Position numbers and translations under genes: made by a program
Notes under the pieces: model-generated
Database searches by the model: none
Seen by the model: the letters and a program-made list of their open reading frames with translations, nothing else
What the model was told of the DNA's origin: nothing
In this document: positions 1 through 12,504 of the stretch, in pieces
Numbering within the stretch: the stretch's first letter is position 1
Layout: each line of letters starts with the position of its first letter
Source of the DNA: Pseudovirgaria hyperparasitica
Lineage: Eukaryota
DNA: 64,000 nt
NCBI GenBank assembly: GCA_010093815.1
Contig: ML996567.1
Reading direction: 5' to 3' (one strand)

Positions 1-639
1 CTATAAGTAGTTACAGTGAGCGTTAGAAATACCTGTCTACTTTCTATTTACTCTTCTCTTTTGAAGATCCGACGTGAGACATTGATTAGTCGGTAGCAGG
101 GAGGAGTCGAGGGATGAAGGTCAGTCTTACGATAGGCATGTGGATTCAGCTGAGTTTTCTTTATATCACAAAGCGTCTGCCTTTGTAGCCAATACCAGAT
201 AGGCCGATCCAACAAGATTGGACCTCCTGGATCTGGCACGAGCGGTCCGCCATCATGTAAAAAGTCGCAGCGATGGCCTTTTGAATATAGTGAGGAGAAG
301 AAGTGAAACAAACGACAGGACTGCTGGCACTTTGACATCACGAACACACACAAGTACATATGGAGAATTTATTCTCATTCATGCCCTAGGCAATTATACT
401 AGTTCCTCTCGCTTTCGAGAGGAGCAGCCCAAAAGAGTAGTAGCTAGCTTTGACGTGAAGCGATATGGCGCTCCTGCCCGTCAAGCCCAGAGCCTCAAGT
501 GATCGTGGCAAAGTGTCTAAGGTAGCATGATCCGGGATGCGCCTTCATCGGCGCATGTGAAGCCGAAGCAGAACACCTTACAGTAATATCAGATACAGCG
601 AAAGAGTTACGAAGTCTAAACGGATTGTGATGATAGCCT

Positions 640-3600
640 TCATGAGGGGCCTAGGTTGGGGAACGGCCGGTTACCAATAGGCACGTTGAATGGGTTGTGG
701 GGGATGCTGTGGCCTTGGATAGGGCTACCAATCTCCCCTACTCCAGACTTCCTTGCGAGATCAAGCCCCTCTTCGAACGTGACGAATAGACGTGAGCCAG
801 ACGGGTGAAAATGGAAGAGACCTCCTCCATTAGTGTTATCGCCTTCTGTCTCAAGAACAGCCTTTAGATCATTTGGAGTAGTCGGTGCTTCATTGGGGTT
901 TGAGTTGATTCGTTGAAGGATTTCGTTAAGCTCACAGTGCTCGTATTGGGACTTTGACGCGTTCAGATCCCTATAAGCTTGTATCGCTCTCAATCGAAGC
1001 GACACGGCATATGGAAGACTAGGTCTCGAAGCACCAAAGCCAAACGGGAGCCCTCGTCCTGTCGGAGAACTTCCCCATCCACCTGCAGAAGGTAGACCAG
1101 GAGCAGACATTGGACCAAAACCTGTGGGTGTACTCCACATGTTGCTGGCTCCGCTGGGGCCGCCAAGTCCAAAAGATTCTACTCTAGGCCTATTCGGAAC
1201 TGGAAACATCGATCCATTTGGTGCACTTCCGAAGGGCATTCTTGAAACTCCCTGTGGTATGCTACTGCGCCGTGAATCGACATCATTCGGTGCAAGGGTT
1301 TCGTTTGGGTCATCGGTATCATCCAACAAGGCTTTGCTACCAAGATGATTACTTAGGTCGTCAACTTCTGTACTGTTGTTAGGCCGATCTTCTCGGGGCT
1401 TTACACTCGAAGGACGCTGAATTGGAGTTGGTCTCGCGATCGGATTCGGAGGGTATCCACCGTGAGGGATATCATCAACATGGGGCACGCCATTGAAGCT
1501 GTCCATTGTTCCAGAAGCCTGTCGTGAATGGGATGGTAGACCTTCTCGAAATCCTGGACCGGGCATCGGCATTCCGATTCCAGGGATAGGAGCAGGAAAT
1601 CCAGGTGGAGCGTTTAGTCCGTAGCCTTGACCATGCGGTGGCATCATTCCTGGCCCTCCCATACCCGGTGGAGGTGGCATTCCCGGTCCCGGGGGCCCAA
1701 GGCCTCGAAACTGGGATGGGATAGGATTCTGATGATGCATTGGAAACATCGGAGGCATGCCCGGGCCAGGACCTCGTTGACCCATGTTGGGTAGTAGGGG
1801 AGACGGAGTGATGAAGCCATTCAAACCCGGTGGCATTGCTCCTCCGAATCCGTGGTTAAGATGCTGATGATTTATTCCAGGTGGACCAAGTGATTGCGAA
1901 GGTGACGATGATTGTGTACTCTGTGTACTAGATCCGTGATGTTGTGAAGGCCGAGTGAGGAGCTGCTTGGGTATACCAGTGCTTGCTATCGTGCTTGGTG
2001 AGGTTGACTTGCTTGGAACGATTGAAACATGCGGCGTCTTTGGCGAAGAGCCATGAGACCCTTGTTGTGACGGCTGCCTTGGCTTGATAGGCGTCGGAGC
2101 TTTAGGAAGGGCAGGTGTTGCAATCGGAACTTGAGGAGATGCCATCGCAGGCGGCTGTCTTGGTAGTAAACCTGGAGGTAAGGCCACCGGTACTGTTTGT
2201 ACATTCCGCTTCGATGCCGTCGTGCCACTTTGTGCTGCTGGTGCATGTTGGATACTTGATTCCTCCTTACGCGCCCGATCCTTGGCCTCTTTTTCAGTCT
2301 TTAATTTCGAATCGCGGTCACGTCTAGACTTTTCATCATGTGCTTTCTTTTCTTTCGCTTCTTTCTCCTTTGCTTCCCGTTCCTCTCTCTCGCGGCGCTT
2401 GGCATCTTCCCGGGCTCTCCTCTCTAGAGCCTTTTGCTCTTGAACTTTCCGCTCAGCCTCTTGTTGCCGTTCTCTCTGCTCCACAACACGTCTTTGTTTT
2501 TCTTGCTCCTTGCGGGCGCGTTCTTCCTCCTGGGCTTTCTTCTCCGCCTCCTTCTTTTTACGCTGCTCCTCCTTTCGCCTGCGCTGCTCCTCGGCTTTCT
2601 TCTCTTCTAATGCCCTAGCTTCAGCCTCCTCCTGAGCCTTTTCAGCCTCCTTGCGAGCTCGCTCTTCTGCCTTTGCTTGTTTCTGCTGGGCCTTCTTGTC
2701 TTTCTTTTTCTGCGCATCTCGGGCTTTCTTCGCTTCCCGCTGCACACCTTGTCGTTCTTCATCTTCGAGTTCCTCAAGCAGCTTTTGCTGACGCTCCCGA
2801 GCTACTTTTTCGCGGTATGCCGTCAATACTCGCTGCTCGAACATTCGCGCAGCGAATATCTGGAACATGCGGCGACCTTCCTCCATTCTTTGCTCTTCGG
2901 TCATCGCATCCTGAGTAAGGGTCAATAGTCGTTCACTACAATTGGTAATACTGCTAACCATCTCTTCTTCCTCATATTCGTCCCCTTCACTTTCGTCGTA
3001 CTCTTCCTCGTCGTCTTCGTAGTCATCGTCATCGGGTAAATCACCATGGTTATGGCTATGGGTCAAATGTGGGTCTGATCTGAATTGCGCCTGCTCTTCT
3101 CGCTGCATACGGCGCTCGGCTAGTTGTTCCATCATTTCGATGAACTTCTTGCCATCATTCTTGAGGAGATCGTCTGCCACAGTCAGGATGCCACCTTTCA
3201 CAGTTAGACTATTGCCAAAATTGAAGAAGTCGGCCTGGCCCCGAGGAATCTCTTCAATATCCTCCTCACTAATGTCATCTCCTTCATAATCGTCATCGTC
3301 GCTGTACTCGTCTGATTTCCCCCCTTCCTCATCCTCATTTCCATCATCTGCCAGCTCTGTCCGGTCATGAGAATGTGTATGGGCGTGCTGAAGATGAGGC
3401 ATACGATCTGGAGGGTGTCGAGCCAGCGGGTTTGCGAACCGGCGAGTTGGTGGAAGCATGGGTGCACCGTCGGTAGAACCATGTGGTAGATGTGCGTACT
3501 GCTCCAATTCCTCGTAGTATGCATCGTATAGTACTTCCAGCTCTTCTTCGATTGCTGTACGCTTTCTGCCACAGACCGTGCAACTACAGCTGTGTTTCTG

Positions 3601-4266
3601 CTGTTCCTTCATTTTTTTCAAGACAGCCTCTTTCTCTATCTTAACCAAGGACTTGCGCTCATCCTCACCCAGCGACAGCCAGAACGCCTTAATGTTCTCA
3701 CGTTCTTCTTGGGTTGAAGTGTTCCATATTTTATCACGGGTGTGAATGCTGTGGGAGACAGACCTGAGCGCTGTCTGTGGAAACGGCGGCGGTGGAGGCG
3801 GAGGCGCGTGATTATGGTGGTGGTGATGGTTATGTAAAGAATTAGACCTCGTTTTACGTTTGACTTTAGAACCTGTTGCGTTTGATGCATGACCGTTCAA
3901 GGCTTCGTCGTCATCAGAATAGTATTGGCTATCTATCTCGGCGTAATGCTCAGGCTCCGCTAGATCAGGATCTGGGTAGTCTGATGGCATGGACTCAGCA
4001 TGCGCCTGCTCGGTAGCCTGCTGTTTTGCAGCCAGCTTGGCTCTGCGTTTTGCCTTCTTCTTGTTGCCGCCAACCGTTGCTGGACCTGGGCCGGCAGCGA
4101 CGCCATTACTAGTGTTTGATTGACTTTTTAAGACTTGGGCCATGTTGTGAGGGTTATCTTTGCGGATGGTATCACTTCTCAAAGCGTGGGTGGAGGACCG
4201 GTATTGAGGATCGGCCTGGTGTCCTGGTTTGCGCATGTTTAGCACTGGACGTAGGGCTGAAACCAT
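640..4266 (-). CDS. NST1: Stress response protein Nst1 homologue
   Basis: Conserved Nst1 blocks IWNTSTQEERENIKAFWLSLGEDERKSLVKIEKEAVLKKMKEQQKHSCSCTVCGRKRTAIEEELEVLYDAYYEELE, GGILTVADDLLKNDGKKFIEMMEQLAERRM and RMEEGRRMFQIFAARMFEQRVLTAYREK, then a long coiled coil and a Pro-rich tail. Probable in-frame intron 2911-2958. Start uncertain (ATG 4266 or 4143). Confidence 0.9.
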   Translation of the reverse strand: MVSALRPVLNMRKPGHQADPQYRSSTHALRSDTIRKDNPHNMAQVLKSQSNTSNGVAAGPGPATVGGNKKKAKRRAKLAAKQQATEQAHAESMPSDYPDPDLAEPEHYAEIDSQYYSDDDEALNGHASNATGSKVKRKTRSNSLHNHHHHHNHAPPPPPPPFPQTALRSVSHSIHTRDKIWNTSTQEERENIKAFWLSLGEDERKSLVKIEKEAVLKKMKEQQKHSCSCTVCGRKRTAIEEELEVLYDAYYEELEQYAHLPHGSTDGAPMLPPTRRFANPLARHPPDRMPHLQHAHTHSHDRTELADDGNEDEEGGKSDEYSDDDDYEGDDISEEDIEEIPRGQADFFNFGNSLTVKGGILTVADDLLKNDGKKFIEMMEQLAERRMQREEQAQFRSDPHLTHSHNHGDLPDDDDYEDDEEEYDESEGDEYEEEEMVSSITNCSERLLTLTQDAMTEEQRMEEGRRMFQIFAARMFEQRVLTAYREKVARERQQKLLEELEDEERQGVQREAKKARDAQKKKDKKAQQKQAKAEERARKEAEKAQEEAEARALEEKKAEEQRRRKEEQRKKKEAEKKAQEEERARKEQEKQRRVVEQRERQQEAERKVQEQKALERRAREDAKRREREEREAKEKEAKEKKAHDEKSRRDRDSKLKTEKEAKDRARKEESSIQHAPAAQSGTTASKRNVQTVPVALPPGLLPRQPPAMASPQVPIATPALPKAPTPIKPRQPSQQGSHGSSPKTPHVSIVPSKSTSPSTIASTGIPKQLLTRPSQHHGSSTQSTQSSSPSQSLGPPGINHQHLNHGFGGAMPPGLNGFITPSPLLPNMGQRGPGPGMPPMFPMHHQNPIPSQFRGLGPPGPGMPPPPGMGGPGMMPPHGQGYGLNAPPGFPAPIPGIGMPMPGPGFREGLPSHSRQASGTMDSFNGVPHVDDIPHGGYPPNPIARPTPIQRPSSVKPREDRPNNSTEVDDLSNHLGSKALLDDTDDPNETLAPNDVDSRRSSIPQGVSRMPFGSAPNGSMFPVPNRPRVESFGLGGPSGASNMWSTPTGFGPMSAPGLPSAGGWGSSPTGRGLPFGFGASRPSLPYAVSLRLRAIQAYRDLNASKSQYEHCELNEILQRINSNPNEAPTTPNDLKAVLETEGDNTNGGGLFHFHPSGSRLFVTFEEGLDLARKSGVGEIGSPIQGHSIPHNPFNVPIGNRPFPNLGPS

Positions 4267-5439
4267 TCTGTGTAGGTTTCTCCGATTGTACTCACCTCAC
4301 AGCCCGCGATGTTTTTGGGTCACTGTTCGAGACAGTAGTCGCGATCCTGGAATATATATGTACAGACCTGCCGTAAGCGTGACTGGGAACTTTGGACAAG
4401 ACAACCTTGGTTTGGCCCGTCAGCATACGTATGAGAGTTGGCAGATCGTTCCCAGTTTCATCCAGGAATGTATTTGCTCTGTTCAACGATTCCTGAATCC
4501 CTCGCGTGCATGGAAATCGAGCGGTCGGTGCAGAGATGTTCAACGGAGGGGTGGAACTCCGAATACCTTACGTACTTGACACGGAAGCGAAATGGCGCTG
4601 TAATGCCTGAACTGATCGGTAGTCCTGGTAGAGTGGGATAGGGGAGAGGCAAAGGGTATTCGATTTGGTCTGTTAGTAGCGAAAGGAAGTCCAAGCAGTG
4701 GCTTGAGCAGCGATAGTATTGTTGATTGGCAGATTCACTGCTTGCTTGAACATTGGTTTGAGCACCGTCACGTGGTGGGGATGTATATTTAGTCATCGGT
4801 AATATTTTGCCTTCTGCCTGAGGCGTAAACTACGTTGACCCATGGATGCTACAGCAAGCGGGTCCCCGGCACCTGCTGGCTCACGCTACAAGTCCCTCGA
4901 TTGCGAATGCACCGCGACTCTTAGCTGCACGTCAGGATCCCAACAACATCGCTGCCACCCGATTTCACAGTTTCCATCTCGATATTATTGTAACTCTTCC
5001 TACCCACTGCCACAATCGCTTCACTTTGATCGCCTAAACTATAGCCGCACAGTGCGCAACGTTCACCCAAGGCTGCCCCAGTTCCGGGTGCTAAAACACT
5101 GATAGGAACCTGACAAGCACTGAGCCATTCTTCTCCTCGCAGCTACCACGTCGAGGCACTTTAGCCTGTGTACATTGGTCACAGTATAACATCGTCTCCA
5201 ATAATCCATTAGAAGAATTCCTGGTCAGACAAACCTAGCGAAACGGCTCCCGGTCATTCAGCACCCAAGCATCGCATCTCCGCCTTACGCCTTACAATCC
5301 TACAGCTTTCCACTGGCACAGCAGCAGGATATACCACACTTGCCAGGCTACGTGAACCACCAGGTTCTTACGTCAGTCAAGAGAAGCGACCGTTTGACCG
5401 TCGTGCAGTTCTTGGGTATTCACAGTCACGTCTTACAAA

Positions 5440-6418
5440 ATGGCACAAGCAGGCGAAACTGTAATGCGAAGGTGAGCTCTTCTTACAACACTGTCTTTAC
5501 TGCATGACAAATGCCCCTTCATGTTTCGTGGTGGTGTCACTGGATAGTCTGCATATTACGAGGCGGCGAAGACACTTGTATGAGGTAGCCCTGTGTTCAG
5601 ATGTGGTATGAAATGAACGTCAGCTGCAGCCCCTTCTTAGTCATACAATGTTTAGCTTCAATCTTGCGCCTTACTCAATCTTTCGAATCGACATATCCAT
5701 TGTCAATCATGGACTATTGGCTGACACCTTGGGAATAGGAAATTGGTGATAATCGGCGATGGGGCTTGTGGCAAAACCAGTTTGCTCAGCGTATTCACCT
5801 TGGGCTATTTTCCTACTGTAAGCTCGTTGCCATGACATGCCACCTTCAATAACTCAGCTGACCAATATTCCAGCGCTATGTACGTCGAGGGCGAATCTGA
5901 GCAATGGCTTTGTACGGAATTCTAACTTGCACTAGGTACCAACCGTGTTCGAAAACTATGTCACGGATTGTAGAGTGGACGGGAAGTCTGTCCAGCTGGC
6001 TTTGTGGGATACTGCTGGACAGGAAGACTATGAGCGACTGCGGCCGCTGGCCTACTCCAAAGCCCACGTAATTCTCATTGGCTTTTCTGTTGACTCGCCA
6101 GACTCTCTGGAAAACGTCAAAGCCAAGTGGGCGGAAGAAGCACGTGAAAGATGTCCCGGGGTCCCCATAATTCTAGTTGGACTGAAGAAGGATTTACGCG
6201 ATGATCCTCTTGCACAGGAAGAGATGCGTAAGAAAAGTCTTCGCTTTACTACCACGAAAGCGGGAAATGATACGAAGGACCTTATCGGGGCACGCAAGTA
6301 TCTCGAATGCTCTTCGCTTACCGGGGACGGGGTAGACGACGTATTTGAAGCCGCCACTCGTGCTGCACTTCTGTCTGTCGACAAGAGCGAAAGTAACGGC
6401 TGCTGTACGGTCTTATGA
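5440..6418 (+). CDS. RHO2: Rho2-family small GTPase
   Basis: Exons 5440-5471, 5739-5817, 5874-5879, 5936-6418 give [84 protein letters not shown]... P-loop, DTAGQE, the Rho2-typical VFTLGYFP, and C-terminal CaaX CCTVL. Confidence 0.95.
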
Positions 6419-6798
6419 GTATTGTGTTGTGGTTTTCGTCTTGCATGACTTGGTGTTAGGGGTGGTTTGGTTGGCTTCCAACGGCGCTCTGCTTTGCGGC
6501 GCACTTGCATGGCTGCAATGGGTTCCCAAAAGCTTTCATTTATCACGGGGCTAGGGAAAGAATTGCACAAGATAATCGAAGCGGTAAGCGAGCGATCCCG
6601 GATTTTCGGTAATTACCATTGTCCGAATTGCTCCTCCAAGAAAAATTCGAAAGTCTTTGAGTAGGTATTGATTACGAGTGATTGGGTTGATCCCACCTCG
6701 CACACACAAACAACATCGGACGCTTATATATAATTATTGAATGCAACCATCAGCGATATTTACAATGTATTTTACAATCGTGCTTGTGACCTAGTGTT

Positions 6799-7464
6799 CT
6801 ACCTAGTCCACTCATGATTCCATCCATTTCGGGGCGGATAATCGGTCTGCGCCCGAGCATACTCAATCGGGAACCCTTTCCCGGGACCCCAGACTCTCTT
6901 CTTCTCCATTGCTATCCTGAAGAGCCGCCCTACTTTCTTGTTCCCGTTAGCATCCGCTTCAGAAACTCGCATGCCATTCTCGTCCGTCAACCGCAACTCC
7001 TCACAGGCCCTCGCCATCGATTGATATTGCCGCTCAAGCTCCTTCTCCCTCTGTGTGTTCGTCTTCGCTTTGAACATCTGCCAGGCGCGATGAATGGTCC
7101 AGTGACGGAGGGCGCGCAGGCGTGAAAATCGGAGCGGTCGGGGGACCCGTGGATGGAAGAGGTGATAGCGTATGTTCGCTGTCCGTTGTTAGCTGTCACT
7201 GTCTCCGTGTCCCGACAGTGTTCTTCCCCCGGGGGGGAACATTGACGTACTGACACGTGGGTCAACCTGTTGTACGGCCCCTTTCCTTGCTGGACGTGGT
7301 GCGCTGGTGGAGAAGCATGACTGTGTCTGTCGCGAGGATTGGATCGCTGTGGTCGTGTTTCGTAGAGGAGATGGTGTTGGCACAGACAGCGATGGTTGTA
7401 TGTGTGGTCTTAGAAGCACGGAAGACACCTGATGGTGCACCGTGGCTAATCTACCGCCTGCCAT
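6799..7464 (-). CDS. MRPL28: Mitochondrial large-subunit ribosomal protein mL40 (MRP-L28 family)
   Basis: Exons 7464-7251 and 7178-6799 (intron GTACGT...CTAAC...CAG). Ser/Thr/Arg-rich presequence, then DPRVTNIRYHLFHPRVPRPLRFSRLRALRHWTIHRAWQMF...LERQYQSMARACEEL...FPIEYARAQTDYPPRNGWNHEWTR. Confidence 0.85.
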
Positions 7465-7788
7465 GACGAGAGCGTGGTTGAGGATAGACGACGTGGTGAT
7501 GCGTGGACAAGACAGCTTGGGGGCGGCCCCGTGAAAAATTACCCCGGAAATATATTTCAATTGAAAACGGAAACGCGCTAGCTTTAACTAGCTCAGCCCT
7601 ATAGACCCTCGTGGACCCAGTGATTTGCTGCTAGGTGAACTCGCGCCCACGCATCATACCGTAGCATCTCAGCTGCCCACCAAGCTCATTTTGTTTATCT
7701 GTTCACGGCACTTTCTCTCTCTCTCTTTCTGTCTCTCCCACCGAACCTCCGCAGAATTATACCTTGACTCCATATTGTGTTTATCAAT

Positions 7789-9703
7789 ATGGCTACTATC
7801 AATGACAAGATCCTTGCAGCCTCTGCGAAGCATCCGCAGCCTGGCAACGTCTTTCAGTACGGTACTGCTGGTGTAAGTTTGAAGTCCACCGACTGAGGTC
7901 AACTTCACTGACGATTTGGTTGACAGTTCCGCATGAAAGCGTAAGAGTCCCTATGGCTACAGCTTCTACCCCCAATTCCACTCTTTCGTTGTCCTGCTCT
8001 GCCCCGCAATCCAATGCTGAACCCCGCAATTAGGGATCTCCTCGACTCTGTGGTGTTTCGTGTCGGCCTTCTTGCGTCGCTCCGCTCGAGGAAATTCGGT
8101 GGCCAGGTGATTGGTGTTATGATCACTGCCAGTCACAACCCACCAGAGGATAATGGCGTGAAGTTGGTCGATCCTTTTGTAAGTCTGCGCGAATTCAGAG
8201 CATCGTTGGATGCCTTAGCTGACCAAGTGTACAGGGCGAGATGCTAGAGGTACGTGAGCTGTCTCTCTCCGATGGAATTCCACTCACAGACTGCAGTCAT
8301 CCTGGGAAGCTTATGCTACGCGTCTCGCGAACGCTAAGACCGACAAAGAGCTTCTTGCAGTCTACAACAAGCTTGAGCAGGATCTTGACCTTGGAACAAA
8401 CAAGACTCCGAAAGTCATTTATGCTAGGGATACGCGTGCATCTGGCTCTCGTCTTGTAGGATGCCTGGTCGATGCTCTTGAAGCAACCGGAACCGAATAT
8501 ACAGACTACAAGCTCCTCACTACCCCTCAGCTGCACTATCTGGTCCGCTGCTCGAACACCAAGGGTACCGAATACGAATATGGTGATATTAGCGAGAAGG
8601 GTTACTACGAGAAGCTAGCAAATGCATTCAAGCTTGCTGTCAAGCACAAAAAGCCTCAGGGTCCTGTCACGGTGGACTGCGCGAATGGTGTTGGTGGACC
8701 AAAGCTCCGAGAGCTGATCAAGTACTTGGACGGCACAATCGATATCCGGGTCGTCAACGACGATGTGTTGAAGCCAGAGAACCTTAATGTTTCGGTAGGA
8801 TCTTACCTCCTTAAGAACCAAAAGATGCTAAACCCAGTGTAGTGCGGTGCAGATTATGTCAAGACAAACCAACGTGCGCCCCCGTCCTCGAAGGCAGGGC
8901 CTCTTGAGCGTTGCGCTTCACTCGATGGCGATGCTGATCGTATCGTATATTACTTCAATGGTGAGAACGACAAGTTCGTTCTATTGGATGGAGACCGTAT
9001 TGCCACTCTCGCAGCGTCCTTCCTCGGCGAGCTTGCCCGTCAGTCGGGTCTTGCTGAATCGCTCAAGATCGGCGTTGTACAGACAGCTTATGCGAACGGC
9101 GCGGCGACCCAGTATGTCACGTCGAACTTGGGGCTCCCTGTGGTTTGCACGGCAACGGGTGTCAAGCACCTGCATCATGCTGCGCTCCAATTTGACGTTG
9201 GTGTGTACTTTGAAGCGAATGGCCACGGTACCGTTGTGTTCTCCCATGACGCATACAAAGCCATCAACAACCATGAACCGCAGTCTCCGGCGCAAGCCAA
9301 CGCACTCGAGACGCTCAAGGCGCTTTCTGACCTCATCAACCAGGCAGTTGGCGATGCACTCTCTGATCTCCTTCTCGTGGAAGTGATTCTCGCGCACAAG
9401 GGCTGGAGTGTTAAGGACTGGGAGGATACGTATGTTGACTTACCGAACCGACTCGTGAAGGTGCACGTCTTGCTTCGCTCTATGTTCGTGACCACGGATT
9501 CAGAGCGCCGTCTACTAGAGCCGGCAGGTCTACAGGCCACTATTGACTCGCTGTGTGGAAAGTACAAGGCTGGAAGGTCGTTTGCTCGTGCCAGTGGAAC
9601 GGAAGACGCTGTGCGAGTGTATGCGGAAGCAGCTACGAGGGGGGAGGCAGATGACCTAGCGCAGAAGGTAGCTAATGCTGTGTCCCGTGCCACACCGGCA
9701 TAG
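7789..9703 (+). CDS. PCM1: Phosphoacetylglucosamine mutase (AGM1/PCM1)
   Basis: Exons 7789-7872, 7927-7940, 8034-8178, 8235-8249, 8297-8794, 8843-9703. Motifs YGTAGFRMKA, catalytic MITASHNP, metal-binding [32 protein letters not shown]. Confidence 0.95.
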
Positions 9704-10456
9704 GTGAGCAGGCAGGCAGGCAGTACAGTACCCAGGTAGGGTGGTGCGTCAGGGCGAAATCATAGGTCTGATGATGGACAGATCAGAAGCCTTCATGGAA
9801 AAAAAAGACATCATGATTGAGTGATGCACACAGACGTAGAGGTAGAACCAAAAAAAACGATCTGGGAACAAATACAGGATATTTGGCCAATCAGAAAATA
9901 GCAACGGACATTTGAGGCTCAAAATGACTTTTTGGGAGATGAAGCTATTTTGAGCGCAGAGATCGGCATGGCAGTCGACATCGGCCCCACTCACTCACGT
10001 ACTAATAAGCGTCCACTTTGAGCCTCAGCCTGGTTTCCTACAAGGCGCGGCTCTTTTTAGCCAGAAGTGATTATGAATATTGTGATGTGAACATGAACTC
10101 TCGTCCATCGTCTCCATCTTATTCTACCCTCCTCCCAAACCTCGTCATCAATCTCCGCTAAGGTAGGTAGTAAGCAGGACAGGCCATTCGTACTTTCTAG
10201 TGAGCCTCGTGCTGCTTGCTGCTCATCAAGTGCTTCCATTAATAATCAAGTGCACACTGCATTCTGTTGTTCTGCATCTGATCCCATCAGGGCATCCCGC
10301 GCATGTCCGTCCGTACTACGACGACGACAAGCAGCCCTGACTGACAACGCAACGACTAATGGAGGACGCGAGGGGTGTCTGGCTTACGTGCTCGTGAACA
10401 GGATTCAGCACCGCATGACTTATGGCGCACTAATTGGCTAGAATGTCGGCCCATGG

Positions 10457-10505
10457 TGACTGACTGACTGACTGACTGACTGACTGACTGACTGACTGAC
10501 TGACT
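10457..10505. repeat. (TGAC)12 microsatellite, followed by a CA/CG-rich tract to about 10573
   Basis: Directly visible tandem repeat. Confidence 0.95.
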
Positions 10506-12504
10506 TGACTGCCCAACAGGACGTGGAACACACACACACGCACACGCACACACGCACACGCACACACGCACACATTCGGACCCCATCCGGCAGTGCTGTT
10601 TCAGGGCGACAGTCGTAATGGGCTGATTCTGCCATCTGGCACGACGAGTCGTCTTCCTTCTTGAGGAGTCGCGCATGCGTGCGTGTGTGTGTGTCAGTGT
10701 CTGTGTGTCTAGCTGCATTCTAGAAGCAGCCACGATCGCGATCGTTTGGGCATGCAGGTCGGGTTGCCAGGTACTGTACTGTACAGTACAGTATGTAGTA
10801 AGTAGGTTCCTTTTAAATGCACCAGCCATCCAACGCGCTGGAAGCAGGCAGGCAGGCAGGCAGGCGAAAGGAGATGAGATGAGATGAGTTTGACAAGATG
10901 CGCGGTGGTGGCCGGCCAGCAGCAGCTTTTTCCCCCCTTCCCTTCTCGTTAAGAGATAAAATAATTAACTGATGGCGACCTGGCTGGCATGCATGCAATG
11001 CATGCATGGCGATGACTCGGCCCATTCATTCCCATTCCCGCATCGAAAGAAAGCGTCATGGCCACCACGCCCGCCCCGACCAAACGGTCGTCGCAGAGGC
11101 TGGGCCCCTGGCGGAACCTGCTGTAATGTTTTGAAGCAGTGGAAACGGCATGTCAGAAGGATGCTGATGGGGCCACAGGATGGTCATTGGGGGCATGCAT
11201 AGTAGTAGTACGAGTGAGTCTTTAAGTAAGGGTCGGTTTCTCTTTTTTTTTTTTTTTCTCTTAAAGTTTGTGTGGGTGGTGGACTTGACATGGCGACAGG
11301 AGTGGGATAGATAGGGATGGGGGAGCAAGCAATAGGTACCCGCCACAGAGACCGGGGCTGGCTGCATCCTAGTAGTATTAACCCTGAAATGAAAAGGCAC
11401 CATTCAGAGGCTGCAGATGCGAAAGAAAGGATCCTGACCACTGGCAGACTAATGCGACAGTGCAGTATATTACGGCGGTCAGTGGCCAGTAGTCAGTGGT
11501 CGGTGGTCAGTGGTGCTGATGCTGATGCTGATGCTGAGAAGTCGATGCTGGTGGAGGGTTGGGAGAGGGGGGTGGTGGTGGTGGTGGTTGTAGTAGTGGG
11601 TGTGTTCAAATAAGAACAGGCGTGTTTTGCGTCTTGCGTCTTTGCGTCTTTGCGTCGTCCTGCACTGGACGTGTGATTAATTATTACTACTACATATTCA
11701 TATTATTCTTATTCTTCTTTTCCTTGATCCTTCTCGTGCCTCTCTGACCTGACCCGGACACACGCACACGCACACGCACGCACACACACTCTCTCTCGTT
11801 TCGCTGCCTTTGCCTGGTCTGTCTGTCTGTCTGGCTGGTCGCATCGCATCGCATCACATCGCATCCTGTCTTGTCCTGCCGGGTTTGGGCTGTCTTGCAC
11901 CCGCCACGACATACCAAAGCAAAGACAAGACAAGCCTGCCTCCCTCCACACTTTGTCCCAGCTGCTCCTCTCACATGCCCTCTCCTCCCACTCGTCTGAG
12001 AAGTGCTGCCCTTGATCCTTTTTTTTCCTTTTCCTTTTCCTTTTCACTCATTCTCTTCTCTTCTAATCGCTCTCTTCTCTTTCTGACCTTCCTTTTTCTG
12101 TTGCTCTCCTCCGATCGCTACCACTCGAATACTCTCTTCACTTTCCTGGAAACTCGTCTCGTCTCGACTCGGACTACTCAACGCCACTGCTTCGGAGCCT
12201 ACCGTCTGTACTATTCTGGCTATATCACTGCTCCTATTGGTCAGCTGTCGCTTCTTTGTTTGCCGAATACGCCTCTATCCTGCCCACCACCTATCAACCA
12301 ACCACCAAACTATCTTACCATATACCAACATTAACCATTATTGCTATCCGAGAGAGAGAGAGAGAGAGAGAACACTTTCTCCATCCTCGATCTCTGTGTC
12401 CGCTCAGACATTCAGGACGCACCTCGCAGAGATCCGAGGCCTTTTATTTATTCACCGGCGCTGTCTTGACACAAACACTCTTGACCAATCAACGACAACG
12501 CACC

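Noticed and set aside
1..139. Possible minus-strand gene start ATG CCT ATC|GTAAGA with intron-like segments running off the window edge
   Set aside because: Too little coding sequence to identify; the splice signals could be chance.
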